Shown here piece by piece: positions 1 to 12,806 of a DNA stretch of 64,000 nucleotides. A program made the translations under genes and the position numbers. Source of the DNA: Zootoca vivipara (taxonomy: Eukaryota); contig NC_083287.1 of NCBI RefSeq assembly GCF_963506605.1, forward strand, positions 16,058,001 to 16,122,000, written 5' to 3'. The number at the start of each line of letters is the position of its first letter. Position 1 is the stretch's first letter. The notes beneath the pieces are model-generated. The model had not been told where the DNA came from. It was given only the letters and a program-made list of their open reading frames with translations, and made no database searches.

Positions 1-129
1 ATTTCCTATTTGAAACCCAAATTGAGCCTACTGCAGGAATTTAACTCAAGATATGAAGAACATACTAAAAGCCCTGCTGAGCAAAACCAAACTCCAATAC
101 CCTGGTCCCCCCCCCCAGTGCCAAACAGC

Positions 130-272
130 TGTCTCTGGGACACCCACCAAGCAGGCCATGAGGACAACAGATCCACAGCAACTGGTATTCAGTCAAGGTG
201 CCTCTTATCCTAGAGGTAGCACAGAGCTATCGTAGTTGGTAGCCACCAATAACCATATCTTCCATGAATTTC
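130..272 (-). mobile_element. Degenerate CR1 LINE 3' UTR fragment
   Basis: gcaactggtattcag...ggtagcc...ccatgaattt resembles the reverse complement of reptile CR1 3' ends (recall). Confidence 0.5.
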
Positions 273-282
273 TATGAATTCC

Positions 283-562
283 TGGTACGCAGGCGGAGAC
301 CCTACCTGCCCACGGACTGTCTCGCCAGAGTGGTGCATGCTCAGGTTATCTCCCGCTTGGACTGCTGCAATGCGCTCTACGTGGGGCTACCTTTGAAGGC
401 GACTTGAAAACTATAACTATTCCAGAATGCGGCAGCTAGACTGGTGACTAGGAGGGGCCGTCGAGACCATATAACACCGGTCCTGAAAGACCCTACATTG
501 GCTCCCAGTACGTTTTTGAGCACAATTCAAATTGTTGGTGTTGACCTTTTAAAGCCCTAAAC
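283..562 (+). mobile_element. L2 LINE ORF2 C-terminal fragment (disrupted)
   Basis: Translates with stops and frameshifts as VHAQVISRLDCCNALYVGLPLK...QNAAARLVT...DHITPVLK.LHWLPV...QFKLLVLTF.KALN, the typical L2 motif series. Confidence 0.85.
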
Positions 563-3400
563 GTTGAAGGATTCAGGAGCTCGTGGATATTGGAGCTTGT
601 GAAACCACAGTAAAATTTGGGACAGGGACGAAGCACAAGATCCTGTTTCCCAACTCCTTTGTGATAATGTGTTTTTAAATTATGAAAACTGCCTTGGGGG
701 GTTGTAGCTCCCCTAAGCTAGAGTTTAGACAGGGACATTGCAGCTCCTTTTTGTGCTGACAATTGTTTCTTCCCTTCCCAAATAGCAGAGGTGGGATGAG
801 GAATCTCGCTCTTTTCCTTTTAAGACAAAACTTTGAAACATCTCAGCACATATCCTTTATTATTTACTGGATAAACTTATTCATGTTTCACTTTGTACCT
901 GTTCCAGGCTGGACAGACAAATTACTCTTTTGCTTTTGCTTAGACAAACAACTATGCTGAATCCATTTGTTCTTTAAAAAAGAATTAAATATTACATCAT
1001 GGCGAAATAAATTAATTGACCCGTGCCGTGAACAAATAAATCACCAGGCCCAATATGCAGCTTCGAATTTGCAGCTCATTTCAGCAAGCAGGCTTTGCTT
1101 TTTCTTAACATATGAGTTAAGTAAGCCTTTCTGACAGGTGTAAGAGCCTCTTATATCACTTGCAAAGCTATGGTAGCAAGATATGACAGAAAATTAGGAG
1201 TAGTCATAATATCAGATGTTCCATATCACCAAGTATCATAACAGAAAGCCTTGGTACACCAAATAAAAGAGAACATGTAGTACAACCAATACGTTTTTTG
1301 CGGGGTAGGAAGGAAGGATGACATAACAAGAACATTCAGTTATGCCAACATTCTTAACAAAAATATGTACAGTACAAATGTCTATAGGATCTCAATAGCA
1401 AAGTGGCTGATTTTATTAATCCTGGGTTACTGATATAAAAATGACATAGCATATCTAGATGGCAGTTTTTTCATCCACTCTGCAAATGGTTTCGCTTTCC
1501 AGTTGTTAACAGATGTACCGTGCTACTTTCCCCTGCCTGCACTTTCTTGGCTGCCATATTGAATTTCCCTGTCCATCACGTTGCTAGAACTTGCCTGAAC
1601 GAAGAACTTCTTTCACATAATTCTAGGTACTGCAGTGTAGAATTTGGCTGCTCCATTGGTCTCCATTATTTCATCTCAATATATCCCTTCTCCAACACTT
1701 AGGACTATGTTACTATGTTACAGCTATTCCTTCCATCAAGCTGGGTACCATGAATGGCCAAAACTCTCCAAGTCTTTCCCAAAGAGACTAAAGGTTCCAG
1801 GAAGAGAATCTGTCCTTGAGGTCTTTGTTAGGTGAATATACTTTTACAGATGGCTACAGAGAAACATGCTGATCATACTGTGGTTCATTACATTGGGAAT
1901 GAGGAATCTGTGAGCTCTCAGGTATCGTTTGACTACAACTCCCCAATGATTCCTTTATTTGGCAAATTGGTGGTTAATATTCCAGAATAAATTGTTGTTA
2001 AATAAATAGGAAATAATGTTTAAGAGATGGTCTCCTGATATTTGTTGGCATCCATCTGTCAAGAGGCAATGGAATGCGTCTTTGGGGGTGAAGTCAACCC
2101 AATATCTCTATATTTTTAAATGAGATACTCATGAGGGGAGGAAGTAGGTGGTGTGGATGGGTGGGGGAAGGAGAGGAAGGGATAGAGACAGAGAGAGAAA
2201 AAAAAACTTGTAGGGTTGGGAAGTCCAGAAGAGTCTGTTGTGTCCAACGTGTGCAAGATCACCCTAATAATGTTCTGCTGGCACCTCTATCAGGGTAGTA
2301 TTTGGGTCCTTATGTCTTCTGCATATGGTGTTCCATGATTTGCATTGTATGAGGTAATGCTACATGTGTTTGAGGTTTAAAGGCATTTTTGTCAGATACT
2401 AGAATTAGACTAGACACCCCAGTGGTTAAATGAAGATGATGCTCCCCCTTTAAAATGCAATGCCCAATGGTGGTTAATACAGGCTACCCAAATATTTGAT
2501 ATTGATAATGCTGGCCTTGCTTTTGCTTCATTTCTTTCTACAACCCTGTCCCCAACCGCTGCTCCTTAATGACTGCACCATTCCATTTATAATTATTCAC
2601 TGAGTCTGCATGGTGACAAGGAATGTCAGTGAGCATGTCAGCTTTGGTGCTGAGAGCCAAGTGGAGCAGCACTCAAAGCTTGATGAGTAATCAAGGCTTA
2701 TTTAATTGTAATTAATTTGTCACCACCCAGACAATTTGAAAACAAAATCAAAACATGCAAGTACCAGATAGGAGCCAGATGCTGATCCCACTAACACTAT
2801 ATCACAGTTGCACCAGCTTGCAAAGTCAACAAGCCTTTCCAAATTCATACCAATATAAGTGCAAGTACTAGAATACAGTCAGCAAAACATAATCAACAAA
2901 GTGACAGTCCATTTCAATGTTCCCTTCCCCCTCAATTCCGGGAAGCTGAAAAGAAATCTCTCCTCTGTTGGGTCCCACACTCATTTAGTAAAACAGCTGA
3001 AAATCTGCACAAGGACAGATCCATATTTCTAAGTCTAAAAATCCCAAGGTTGGAGTCTGGGCACCAAATCGTCCGCCATAAACCAACATTCTGACATTTT
3101 GGGGGGACCTTTTACTTTTGAACCCATGCATTTCCTGGGAAAATCTTTAATGGAATAACTCAGGTCAAGCAAGCCATTTCTGGACACCAGGCTACTGTAC
3201 TGTAATGCATGCTGTGACAGAATGTGGCATAATGACAATTGCTTCCCCAGCAAAAAATTCAAATTTAAATGACAACACAGATGAGAGATTTAATTCTGAA
3301 GAGTCCCAGGACAGTTTCAAAGATCCTGGTTGTTCTTTATCACAAGATGAAATTTACCATCGCTCTGTAAAACAACTGGATACATTAGTACCTGTCTTGG

Positions 3401-3626
3401 TTACAGGTAGGTAGCCGTGTTGGTCTGACGTAGTCAAAACAAAATTTAAAAAATTCCTTCCAGCAGCACCTTAGAGACCAACTAAGTTTGTCATTGGTAT
3501 GAGCTTTCGTGTGCATGCACACTTCTTCTGTTTCAGTGTATCTGAAGAAGTGTTCATGCACACGAAAGCTCATACCAATGCCAAACTTAGTTGGTCTCTA
3601 AGGTGCTGCTGGAAGGAATTTTTTAT
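3401..3626. mobile_element. Penelope-like element remnant: fold-back (inverted) pseudo-LTR
   Basis: 81-bp inverted arms (3448-3528 and 3544-3624, 2 mismatches); flanking direct repeat ctgtcttgg (3392-3400, 3627-3635); contains a hammerhead motif typical of PLE pseudo-LTRs. Confidence 0.8.
3538..3575 (+). ncRNA. Minimal type I hammerhead ribozyme motif (Penelope-associated)
   Basis: GUAU-CUGAAGA-A-GUGU(UCAUGC)ACAC-GAAA-GC-UC^-AUAC: intact core, 4-bp stems I and II, palindromic loopless stem III (AGCU). Activity is untested. Confidence 0.7.
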
Positions 3627-3959
3627 CTGTCTTGGGTGATTCTTCTTAAGGAGGTAGGTAAATTTTAGTCCTATGGGCCATAATCGCAGAATGCAACACT
3701 ACCACTGCTACTCATGGGCACTGACCACATTGATCACAATGACACAATTCAGTAGCAGCCTTTGGAACCCTGCATGGTATGTACACACGCCTCCTAGTCC
3801 AACAATGCGCAAATAGAGCACCAAAAGAGGCAAAAAAAGAAATTTAATGTTATTGCAACTGGTGCCACCCTTTGCCTTCTGAGAACGACAGGAAGGAATC
3901 GCCTGCAGAGACCGGGAGGAAGGATCCTTCACAACTTGACAGTGACACAGAGCAATAAA

Positions 3960-4290
3960 GTTGGCGCTTCGAGAGAATTTGTCTAGCTTCAACTTATATC
4001 CACTGGGTCTCATTATGTCTTGGCCTGTGATATTAAAGAGCTGTCTAGCATCAAAAATCTTGGGCCTGTATATTTATAGACTACTCAAGTCACCTCCCAA
4101 CTGACACTTTTAGAGTCTAGTTTCTCTAACTAAACATATTGAGTTTCTTAACTCTGTCTCATTTCAATCTAGGCTGCAGACATCAAGCTTGCCCCCGTGG
4201 CTCTTCCCTGAACCCTTCTCAGTTCTTTTCTGATTTTGACCTGCGGCTATTGGAACAAGACATGTGGCAGTTTCAGCAATGGCTTCATTA
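3960..4290 (-). mobile_element. Old CR1 ORF2 3' fragment
   Basis: Degenerate resemblance to the reverse complement of CR1 ORF2 C-terminus (aagtcacctcc...actaaacatattgagttt...ctgaacccttctc). Confidence 0.45.
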
Positions 4291-4871
4291 ATTCCACAAA
4301 CATGGTCATCATTTTCCCTCTCACCTCCTTACTTGATATTCACCCTGTTGAAATGCTTTTTAAGGTAATTGGTAGGCCATTAATTAGGCTCAAGAAATCG
4401 GTACAGCCGTGCAGTGTGCCTTTTTTACTTTCACACAAATCATCTGGCCACATCTACTTATCTTTTAAGAGAATTATTTATGAAAGGTGCTCCGTCAAAT
4501 ATTAATATTGGGCTATAATAACTAATGTGTGAATCACTTTAATGGGGAATAGCTATCGATGCTACAACAGTGCTTGGCAATATGTTTCTCCTCAGATTAA
4601 ATGGGCAACTAGCAAAATGAGAATCTTCCTGAGCCAAATCCCTCTTGAAATATACTCGGAGTCGAGAGTATACTTTGCTGCAGGAGCTACTTTGCTGCAG
4701 GAGGGTTTACCTAAATATTACCATGTTTTGGGACATAAAGCTTTATTGTATATAATTGTATATAATGTACTATTTTCTGTCATATCTTGCTACCAGTGGC
4801 AACTGTTCAGAAGTTTGCAAGTTCACATGTTAGGGGGGAAATAAGAAATATAGTACATCGCTTCCTTAGAG

Positions 4872-5327
4872 CAGCGTTTCTCAACCACTGTTCCGCGGCA
4901 CACTAGTGTGCCGCGAGACGCTGGCTGGTGTGCCGCGACGTGCGGCGACGAGAAGGGCGATTTGCATTGTCACGTGCCTGGTGGCCGCCAATAGACAGCT
5001 CTGACCCGCCAGAAAGCAATATTTCTCCTCCTCTTTCCCAAAGCTCAGTGCAAACGAGCCTGGCGGCCGCCAATACACAACACTAACCCGCCGAAAAGCA
5101 ATATTTCTCCTCCTCTTTCCCAAAGCTCAGTGCAAACGAGCCTGGCGGCCGCCAATACACTGCACTTACCCACCAGAAAGCAATATTTGGCAAGTATTTC
5201 TTACAGTCATAATTATAATATAGGGCGGCACAGAGTTAATTTTTTTAACTTTTTTAATGGTGGTGTGCCTCGTGATTTTTTTCACGGAACAAGTGTGCCG
5301 TGGCCCAAAAAAGGTTGAGAAACACTG
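4872..5327 (+). mobile_element. Non-autonomous hAT (Charlie-like) MITE, same family as 47369-48423 but without the cargo
   Basis: TIRs cagcgtttctcaacc...ggttgagaaacactg; 8-bp TSD ccttagag; internal ~80-bp tandem duplication. Confidence 0.9.
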
Positions 5328-6124
5328 CCTTAGAGGACATGATTGCAGTACTTTCTGTATACCATTTCTTTGTTTGCTTGAGCAAAGAAGTGTCAGAAAT
5401 AGTCATTGAATACTACCAATTCATCGTATAATTAGGGAAATTCCACCAAATCGTGTTTGTTACACAATAGCCTGACTGAGCCAAACAGCTGTCCCAGATC
5501 AGCTCTCAGGGTGATGCTTTCTAAACACAGAACCGTATTTGGCATGGGAAGCTAGCTGATCAAGCAATTGACTTGACTGCATCTGTTAAACCCAGGGGTA
5601 GCTTGTGCACAAGGCTGTTATGTTTTGCAGTTTATATGGGTCACAAGGAAATCAGTGAAGATGCAGCCCCCATCCCAGCAACACACATGCATACACACAC
5701 CATATTCACTCCCAGAACACCCAAGGAAATCTGTGTCAAATTTCTGGGAAGACCAAGTGAAATCATGTTGTTTTCCATGAAGAAAACCTAGTGACAGCAA
5801 CCCCTAATTATCTGTGGGTGATCAAAATGTAACACACAATTAAGGATTTATAATATTCTCCCTCTCGCTGTTTCTGTCTCTCTCTATATATATAATGCTT
5901 GAAAGAAGCTGGAACCCAACAAGGCACCATCTTGGCTATTCCTGATGCATAACCTTATCATAGATCTTAAAGGAACTATAAACACTGTGAACTTGCAATT
6001 TTGGGGCACGTGAGTTTTAGGATATCAGAGTCATGACTCCCTTTACATTGGACACATTAGTATTTGTGATTACTCAAGATTCCTGCCTAAGTGCAGAACC
6101 TCAAAATTCATTTTGTTAGTTTGG

Positions 6125-6330
6125 GCTCAGTAATCCAATCTGTTAAGGTCATATTGAATTCAATGCAGCATTAGCGACACCTCCCAACTTGGTGTCATCT
6201 GCAAATTTGATGAGCATACTCTTGATTCCTTCATCCAAGTCATTTATAAGGATGTTGAACGACAACAGGCCCAGGACAGAACCCTGCCGTACCCCACTTG
6301 TCACTTTTTTAAAGTACAATGAGGAACCAC
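6125..6330 (-). mobile_element. CR1 LINE reverse transcriptase fragment
   Basis: ORF 6149-6352(-) contains VTSGVRQGSVLGLLSFNILINDLDEGIKSMLIKFADDTKLGG, the CR1 RT core. Confidence 0.9.
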
Positions 6331-7191
6331 TAGGCAGAAGATGTATTCTCAAGCTTGATTATGATCCAACCCAGAGGCTGATTGGTTTGGGATACAAACT
6401 GGATATTCTGAACCCTTCCTCCTATCAAAATCCAGAAACTTCTGTAGTCCAAAAAACACAGCGGGACATAAGTAAGGATTTGAGCACAAACCTGAACTCC
6501 TATTTGCACACGTCTGAAGATGTTGCTCATTACACTACAAGCTCAATGGTAAGTATGCAATCAGCAGTGCTGCAAACTTTTCTCTGAGTGTACACCAGGT
6601 TTTTTATTTAGCGCTAAAATATTGGCCTGCTCCTGTGACAGAATTTCCAAACAGTAACACAAATAGCTGTTTAGAGCTAGCTGATTTAAATAAGAGCTTA
6701 GGAGCTTTACAACGGTCAGAGAAAGAACACACTGTATGAGAAAAATACTTCAATGTAGATTTCAGAATAAGGAGAAAAAAAGAAGGGGAGAATTCAGTAA
6801 GATTGTCTGTTTACTACAAATGTTCACTTTCCAAGCTTACTCCTGTGTATTAACTCCAATTTAAAATAGATCACAGAAGCATTCTTCCATCTGACACTGA
6901 TTTTCATGAGTCTCTGGAAACAAAGGCAACAGAAAGCATATTCCCATGATGTTGGATTCACATAAAACTGAACAAATCAGGAACAGATCTTTAAAACACA
7001 CACACACACACACACAACGATTTCCCTATGGGGAAGAAGGGGAAAAAAGCCATGAGAATCTGTCACTACACCTGTCTCTTCTTTTGTAGGTAAGTGCAGA
7101 AAAAAAAAATGTTACTAGAAAAGTTATATAATCCTTTCTGTAGTTTTTCTCCAAGCCAACATGTATCCACAATTATTAAAGATAGACTATA

Positions 7192-7421
7192 CAATCGTAC
7201 CTCGGATGTTGAACGCCTTGAGAGTCAAACATTTTGGCTCCCGAACGCCGCAAACCTGGAAGTGAGTGTTCTGGTTTGTGAACGTTCTTTGGAACCCGAA
7301 CGTCCGACGCGGGTTCTGCGGGTTCCTGCAGCCAATCGGAAGCCTCACCTTGGTTTCTGAATGTTTTGGAAGTCAAACAGACTTCCAGAATGGATTCTGT
7401 TCGACTTCCAAGGTACGACTG
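7192..7421 (+). mobile_element. Tc1/mariner (Tigger-like) MITE
   Basis: TIR caatcgtacctcgga...tccaaggtacgactg with TA TSD; same family at 39232-39482 (reverse) and a fragment at 54101-54199. Confidence 0.85.
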
Positions 7422-8509
7422 TATACTGGAAATATCCCAAACATGCCTTAAATGCCAGTAGTCTGATCTAAATTCCAAACTATATAATGGGGGTGAGTTT
7501 GTTCAAATTTTTTATCAGCATGCATTGGTTTATTTTCCTGCTGCTCAACACTTCTGTACTGATATATTTGTTTCATCACTGCTGACATTTTAGTGTAACA
7601 AAACAACTAGTGGGCTGTCCCAATTCAATGTGGGAAATTCACCCCAGCCTCTGGCTTCTTTGGTCTTCGTTACCCACTTAGGTATGCCAGGTCACACTAC
7701 TGCCATGGGGACAATAGAAGCCATATCTGACAGAATTCCTCTTGGATGCAATTCTTAAAATGGATAAGCAAACAACTCAGCCAGGATCAAACCCCTAGCT
7801 CTCTGGCTCACAGGGAACAAACCTACCTTCTTGATCCCCCCCCCCCCCCCGCTAGCAGTGCACAACTTCTTGTCTTCTTCTTTTTCTTAATTCTCCCATC
7901 ATCCTTGTGCCTCTGCTTTTCAAGTACCGTTTCCTTCAGCCACTCAGCCGGCTTACATAGCTCTCCTGGCTTCCCATAACATACAGCATCTCGTGGCTGA
8001 TATGAGATTTCCCCAGAACCCATTTACTCACTTGCTTTCCCTTGTTAAAGTACCCTATCTTCCCTGCCCCTTTCCTCAGTCTCTTTCTCAATTCTCCCTT
8101 CCTCATTCTATTAGGTGCATTATACCCCTCCTTCAGCCACCTTGCTTCTATGAGTAACCCCCTGCCCTTAAAACTTCATTACCTTTCCAGTATTTGGAAC
8201 CTACCCTACCCCACCCACAATGCCATTATTCTGTTGGGGTTTGTGTGGTCTTTTAATCCAAGTGAAACTGACAGATTTCTTCCCTTCAGAGAATGCATAT
8301 CCCAACATTCCTACAGCAGCTGGAAGGCAAGAAGTGCGGCATAACATAGAAATTTCAGTCTTTCAAAAGTGTAACTGAAACCTTGGCAGCATTTTAGAAT
8401 TTAAGTTTAAATTTCAAAATTTGAGCTCCAGAGGTATTTTAAAATAAACTAAATATAAGGCAGTAATAATAATGACCAACTTTTTGGCTTCAACTTTTTA
8501 CATCGTTAA

Positions 8510-8575
8510 AACACACACACAGAGAGAGAGAGAGAGAAAGATAGAGAGAGAGAGGGAGAGGGAGAGGGAGGGAGG
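8510..8575. repeat. (AC)n(AG)n microsatellite
   Basis: Directly visible. Confidence 0.9.
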
Positions 8576-9293
8576 TTTCACCAGTTCATAACTTGTACAG
8601 GTAACCCTCAATTTCTGTGGGGGCCGCTTTTAGGGTCATTGCGCACTTACGTGAAATCACATGAAATTGTGCACTTGCGTGAAATCTCATTCTGCCGTTT
8701 CAGTGATGTCTTTTACGAAATTTTCAGGTCACCTCTGACTTTCAGTGTGACTTGCAGATGAAATTTTCAAAGGATTGGGCCCATATAAAACTCAAAGGGA
8801 CAACTTACAAACAAATAAATACAACCCATATTTAATTTCTTCTAAGCATCAGAAATGTTCTTCATGAATTATCTGAGGGCATTTATGAACCCAGTTCAGA
8901 ACAAAAGTATGCGGACCATCTAAAGGCTTATCCTTTTATCTGTTGCAGAATTCACAGTACAACATAATTGTTTTGTTTTCGGATGGCTGCAATGAAAATA
9001 TTAGGTTCATGTGCTTTGGTTGAACTTTTAAACGTCTGAACATTTTGGTTTGTGTGGGGGCACACAGAGGTTAACACTGTTGCATTTCCTCTGTAGCTCA
9101 TATCAATGCCAAAGTCTTTGTATGTCCTGTAATGATCAAACTCAGGAAAAATCTATGGCATTCTTAACTTACATATCCGGTCACTCCTGTCTCCCTTACT
9201 GAAATAGTGTTGAGTGAGACAGACTCACTTCCTTCCATTTGTACCCTAATTTAATATAAGATTAAATTAGACTCTGAAGAATCTGAATCTGAA

Positions 9294-9331
9294 GTATCTG
9301 AAGAAGTGTACATGCACACGAAAGCTCATAC
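9294..9331 (+). ncRNA. Minimal type I hammerhead ribozyme motif in Penelope pseudo-LTR fragment (~9264-9384)
   Basis: GUAU-CUGAAGA-A-GUGU(ACAUGC)ACAC-GAAA-GCUC^AUAC followed by the same downstream sequence as the 3544-3624 arm; the fragment is flanked by direct repeat tttaatataagatt. Confidence 0.7.
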
Positions 9332-11318
9332 CTATAACAAACTTAGTTGGTCTCTAAGGTGCTACTGGAAGGAATTTTTTTATTTTTAATATAAGATTGT
9401 TCTCTGATGGTATTCCCGACCCACTTCTCGGCAACATTTTCTCCCCATGCCCTAGAAACTACATTCCAGGATCTACAGTATTCATTTGAGATTTCAATTT
9501 TATTAGAATTTTTTTCCTGCCTGCTCTAAAACCCCACCAACTTTCCAAACCCCAATAGCAGTACAGTACAGAGTAGGTGAGAAAAACCTGCTAAACCTGG
9601 CCAAGCACAGACAAAAAAATTCCTACTTATCTCTGAAAATCCTGCACTGTAACTGAGGGTGGGCTTGATGATGTTAGTGAAGGCCACAGAGGCCAAATTG
9701 GGAGTGACTGGGAACAACTGGCAACAACATGTTCCTTAATAAGGCTGAACTTATCCCCTACGAGCTAGACTGAAAATGTTGCTTAAGGAAACTGTTATGA
9801 GTTTATAGTTCAGCTTAATGAATAACAATTTACTAGTATACTCAGTTAAAGGGCCAGGGGAAGAGATGCAGTATTCTTGCCCAAAGAGCATCATATACTG
9901 CTTTTAATCTACTACCCACTGGAACATTGAACTCTATTCCGTGTGAATGACCTGACAGAGAGCCATGAAAAAAGGCCATCACTCGGTCAACAGGAAGTAT
10001 GCTGGGACAAAAGGTCCAAGTTTAGGAATGCTTTTTTCTGGGGTCTATTTTGATCTAAAGCCTACTCAGATTTTGTTCTTGGGGAACAGCCAACAACAGA
10101 AGAAGGGGAGGGGAACATACTCTGGGTAACTGAGCTCTGATATTTTCTGTAAAAGAGAAGAGAAGAGAAGAGAAGAGAAGAGAAGCAGTGTTTTGTGAGA
10201 AAGCAAGATTAAGAAAGATTGGGGCTTATGAAAAATAATGGATGCCTCTAGGCTTGTTTTCAAAATGTGTTTCTTATTGACTTTTTGAGCTCAATTAAAG
10301 AATATGCTCTTTTGACACTGTCACTGTCCACTATGCATCAAGATACAGTACAACCAATTTAATTCTAGCGGCCAAGGTATGCTCACGTATTTATCAGAGC
10401 CTAAATATTAAGGATGCTATTGAAGCCACAGACAAACAGAGGGCAATTGCTTCCCTAAAATCTCTACCACTGTAAACAAAAGTATGCAAAGCTACTTTAA
10501 CAAATGAACATGACCGTTCCTCATGAGCTGCCCAACTTTGTTTCCAATTCCATAATAATATTGAAATCTCTCCTCGTTTAGTTTACAGTAGAACTGGACC
10601 AACTTTTAAAACACAGATCTGTCAGTATACTTACTATAGCATGATAGAAGGAAATCAAACAGAACTTATTCACGGGTATTAATCAATTCAAGATTGTGGC
10701 TCAGCTGTAGTCTTTTTTCTTATGATGGAATGAAGTAGATCGCTAGGGGAAAGCGTATGTTGGTATTATATATGTTAACTTCCAAGACAGTTGCTAAATC
10801 AACACAAAATTAGTACACAGGGGCAAAAATGACTTTTATGTAAAGTCTCCCTTGCACTACTTCTTTTTCTTTAGATTAGTTCTCATTGTATGCCATGTTG
10901 AAAACTTTCAATAAAAATATTTAACAAAAAAGATAAAAAGAAAATGCACTGCTGTTAGTTTGTCCTGCTAGTAGATGCTCAAAAGCAATGTATATATTGG
11001 TTTAACACGATAGCTATCAATATATAAGATATTGAAATATCCAATTTCAAAGTTTGCAAAGGACCCTATTTTTATAGTTCATGACAAAAAAACAACAGGA
11101 CAAATAAAAGCCTAGGCTTAAACATAATAAAATAAAGACTGAGAGTAACAAAATTTGCTAATCAAAAAATCCCAGTCGATCATACTTTTGATCTCTAATG
11201 AACAGTTTGCCTCCTTGATTGAAACTGTTTATTTCTGTGCTATTCTGAAATTGGCTTCTTTATCTCAAGCCTCACCTACTGGACCAAGAACAGATAGATG
11301 TACCCGTAAGAATGCAAG

Positions 11319-11546
11319 CATACCTGCCAAGTTGCTGTCAGAGAAATAAGGGACCGGGCGGAAATAGCAGACCGGAAGTAGCGCTGCTGCCATTTTGGAA
11401 CTGGGCGGAGCATGCTCAGAAGTGACTTTTGATGCTGCTTTGCCCAGTTCCAAAATGGCCACCGTGCCAGAATAAACCAGGAAAAAAAAGAAAAATCCGT
11501 TTTTCAGCTAGGAACAGCTAGGAAAACGGGAGACTTGGCAGCTATG
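11319..11546 (+). mobile_element. hAT MITE (CATAGCTGCCAAGT-TIR family)
   Basis: TIR catacctgccaagt...acttggcagctatg; 8-bp TSD aatgcaag. Confidence 0.9.
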
Positions 11547-12562
11547 AATGCAAGCGAAGACTCCACAGCACTTCTTTCCAGTGTCTGCCTTCTCAAATGC
11601 TGGGAGTTATTCTCGCGAACTATTTGGTGTTTTCCATCTTCTCTGCGTGTGCACGAGGCACATCAGGAGATTTGACCCAGATGTCAGTGCATTTGTAGTG
11701 GGGAAAAAGGAACTTACACTGACTGTTGAGTGCTTAATAAAAGTTTTTGCATGGTTTCCTGCAGCTGTTTTCCATGTGTCCTGTCGGGATAGCTGAACGC
11801 TTCACCATTTAACAAATTAATCCAACATGCAAAAAATGGTGAAAATGCAAAAATCTGCCTGCCAGTTTGATGTGAATTTAGAAGACAGTAGACTAATAGC
11901 CTAATCCTATGCATGTTTACTTAGAAGTAAGGCCCACTGAGTTCAATAGGTTTACTAGTTCATTTTACCATGAACTACATTATTGTGAAATCCATTCCCC
12001 AAATTAGATTCACAACAACACATATACATTTTAGAGAGCATCAATCTGATTGGTTCATCATGCTCAACAAGATCCCATAAAAACCAAGAACAGCCTACAC
12101 GGGCTGTGATATTTATTCCAGCATTGTTTTGTGTACATACACTTCAAATGTTTCCCAGTCTAGCATTTCCTTGGACTTATCTTCCTAGAAATAGTTTCCT
12201 GAATGATAAATAAGTGGAAAACAAACTTCCTGCTTAGCTATACAGGACATTACTGCAACCTAAAATAGTTCTTGGCAGTAATTGTGTATTCTCCAAAATA
12301 TGTCAATACTGCAGTCTGTACGAACTCTTTATATGGGATATATATATAGAGAGAGAGAGAGTCAAATTTTGCAGAGAAAATCCAAAAATTAAGACAGGCT
12401 TTTCTGAAAGTGGGGGGGAAGGACACGGGTGTGTTGGGGGGCCCCAAGGTTGGGTGGAACCTGGCACATGTGATGATTAGTTGGAGTTATAGAGTATATT
12501 GATGTGACCTGCAGATTGGGGTGCTGCATCCTAGAGAAGTAAAATGCCTCTTTAGTATATTG

Positions 12563-12806
12563 CAGTGGGGGCCAACTCCCAAGAGACTGAGATCTACTCA
12601 CATAGTTAAAAACTGGCAGTGATCTACCCCCTTTTTGGGGGGGGCAAGGTGTCGAGTTTTTTTCAGGGAGGAGGTAAAATGTTGGGCTTTTCTAAAGGGG
12701 AGCCACAGTTCAGCTTCTTTGGGGGGAGCCAATGATCTACCAGTGATCTACCACAGACATCCAGTGATCTACCGGTAGATCACGATCTACCTGTTGGACA
12801 TGCCTG
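12563..12806 (-). mobile_element. hAT MITE (GTAGATC-repeat family)
   Basis: 8-bp TSD gtatattg; reverse-complement homolog of 59899-60210. Confidence 0.85.

Noticed and set aside
5005-5190. Spaced repeats superficially like a CRISPR array (also 20343-20530)
   Set aside because: Tandem internal repeats of MITEs in a vertebrate genome, with no unique spacers or cas genes.
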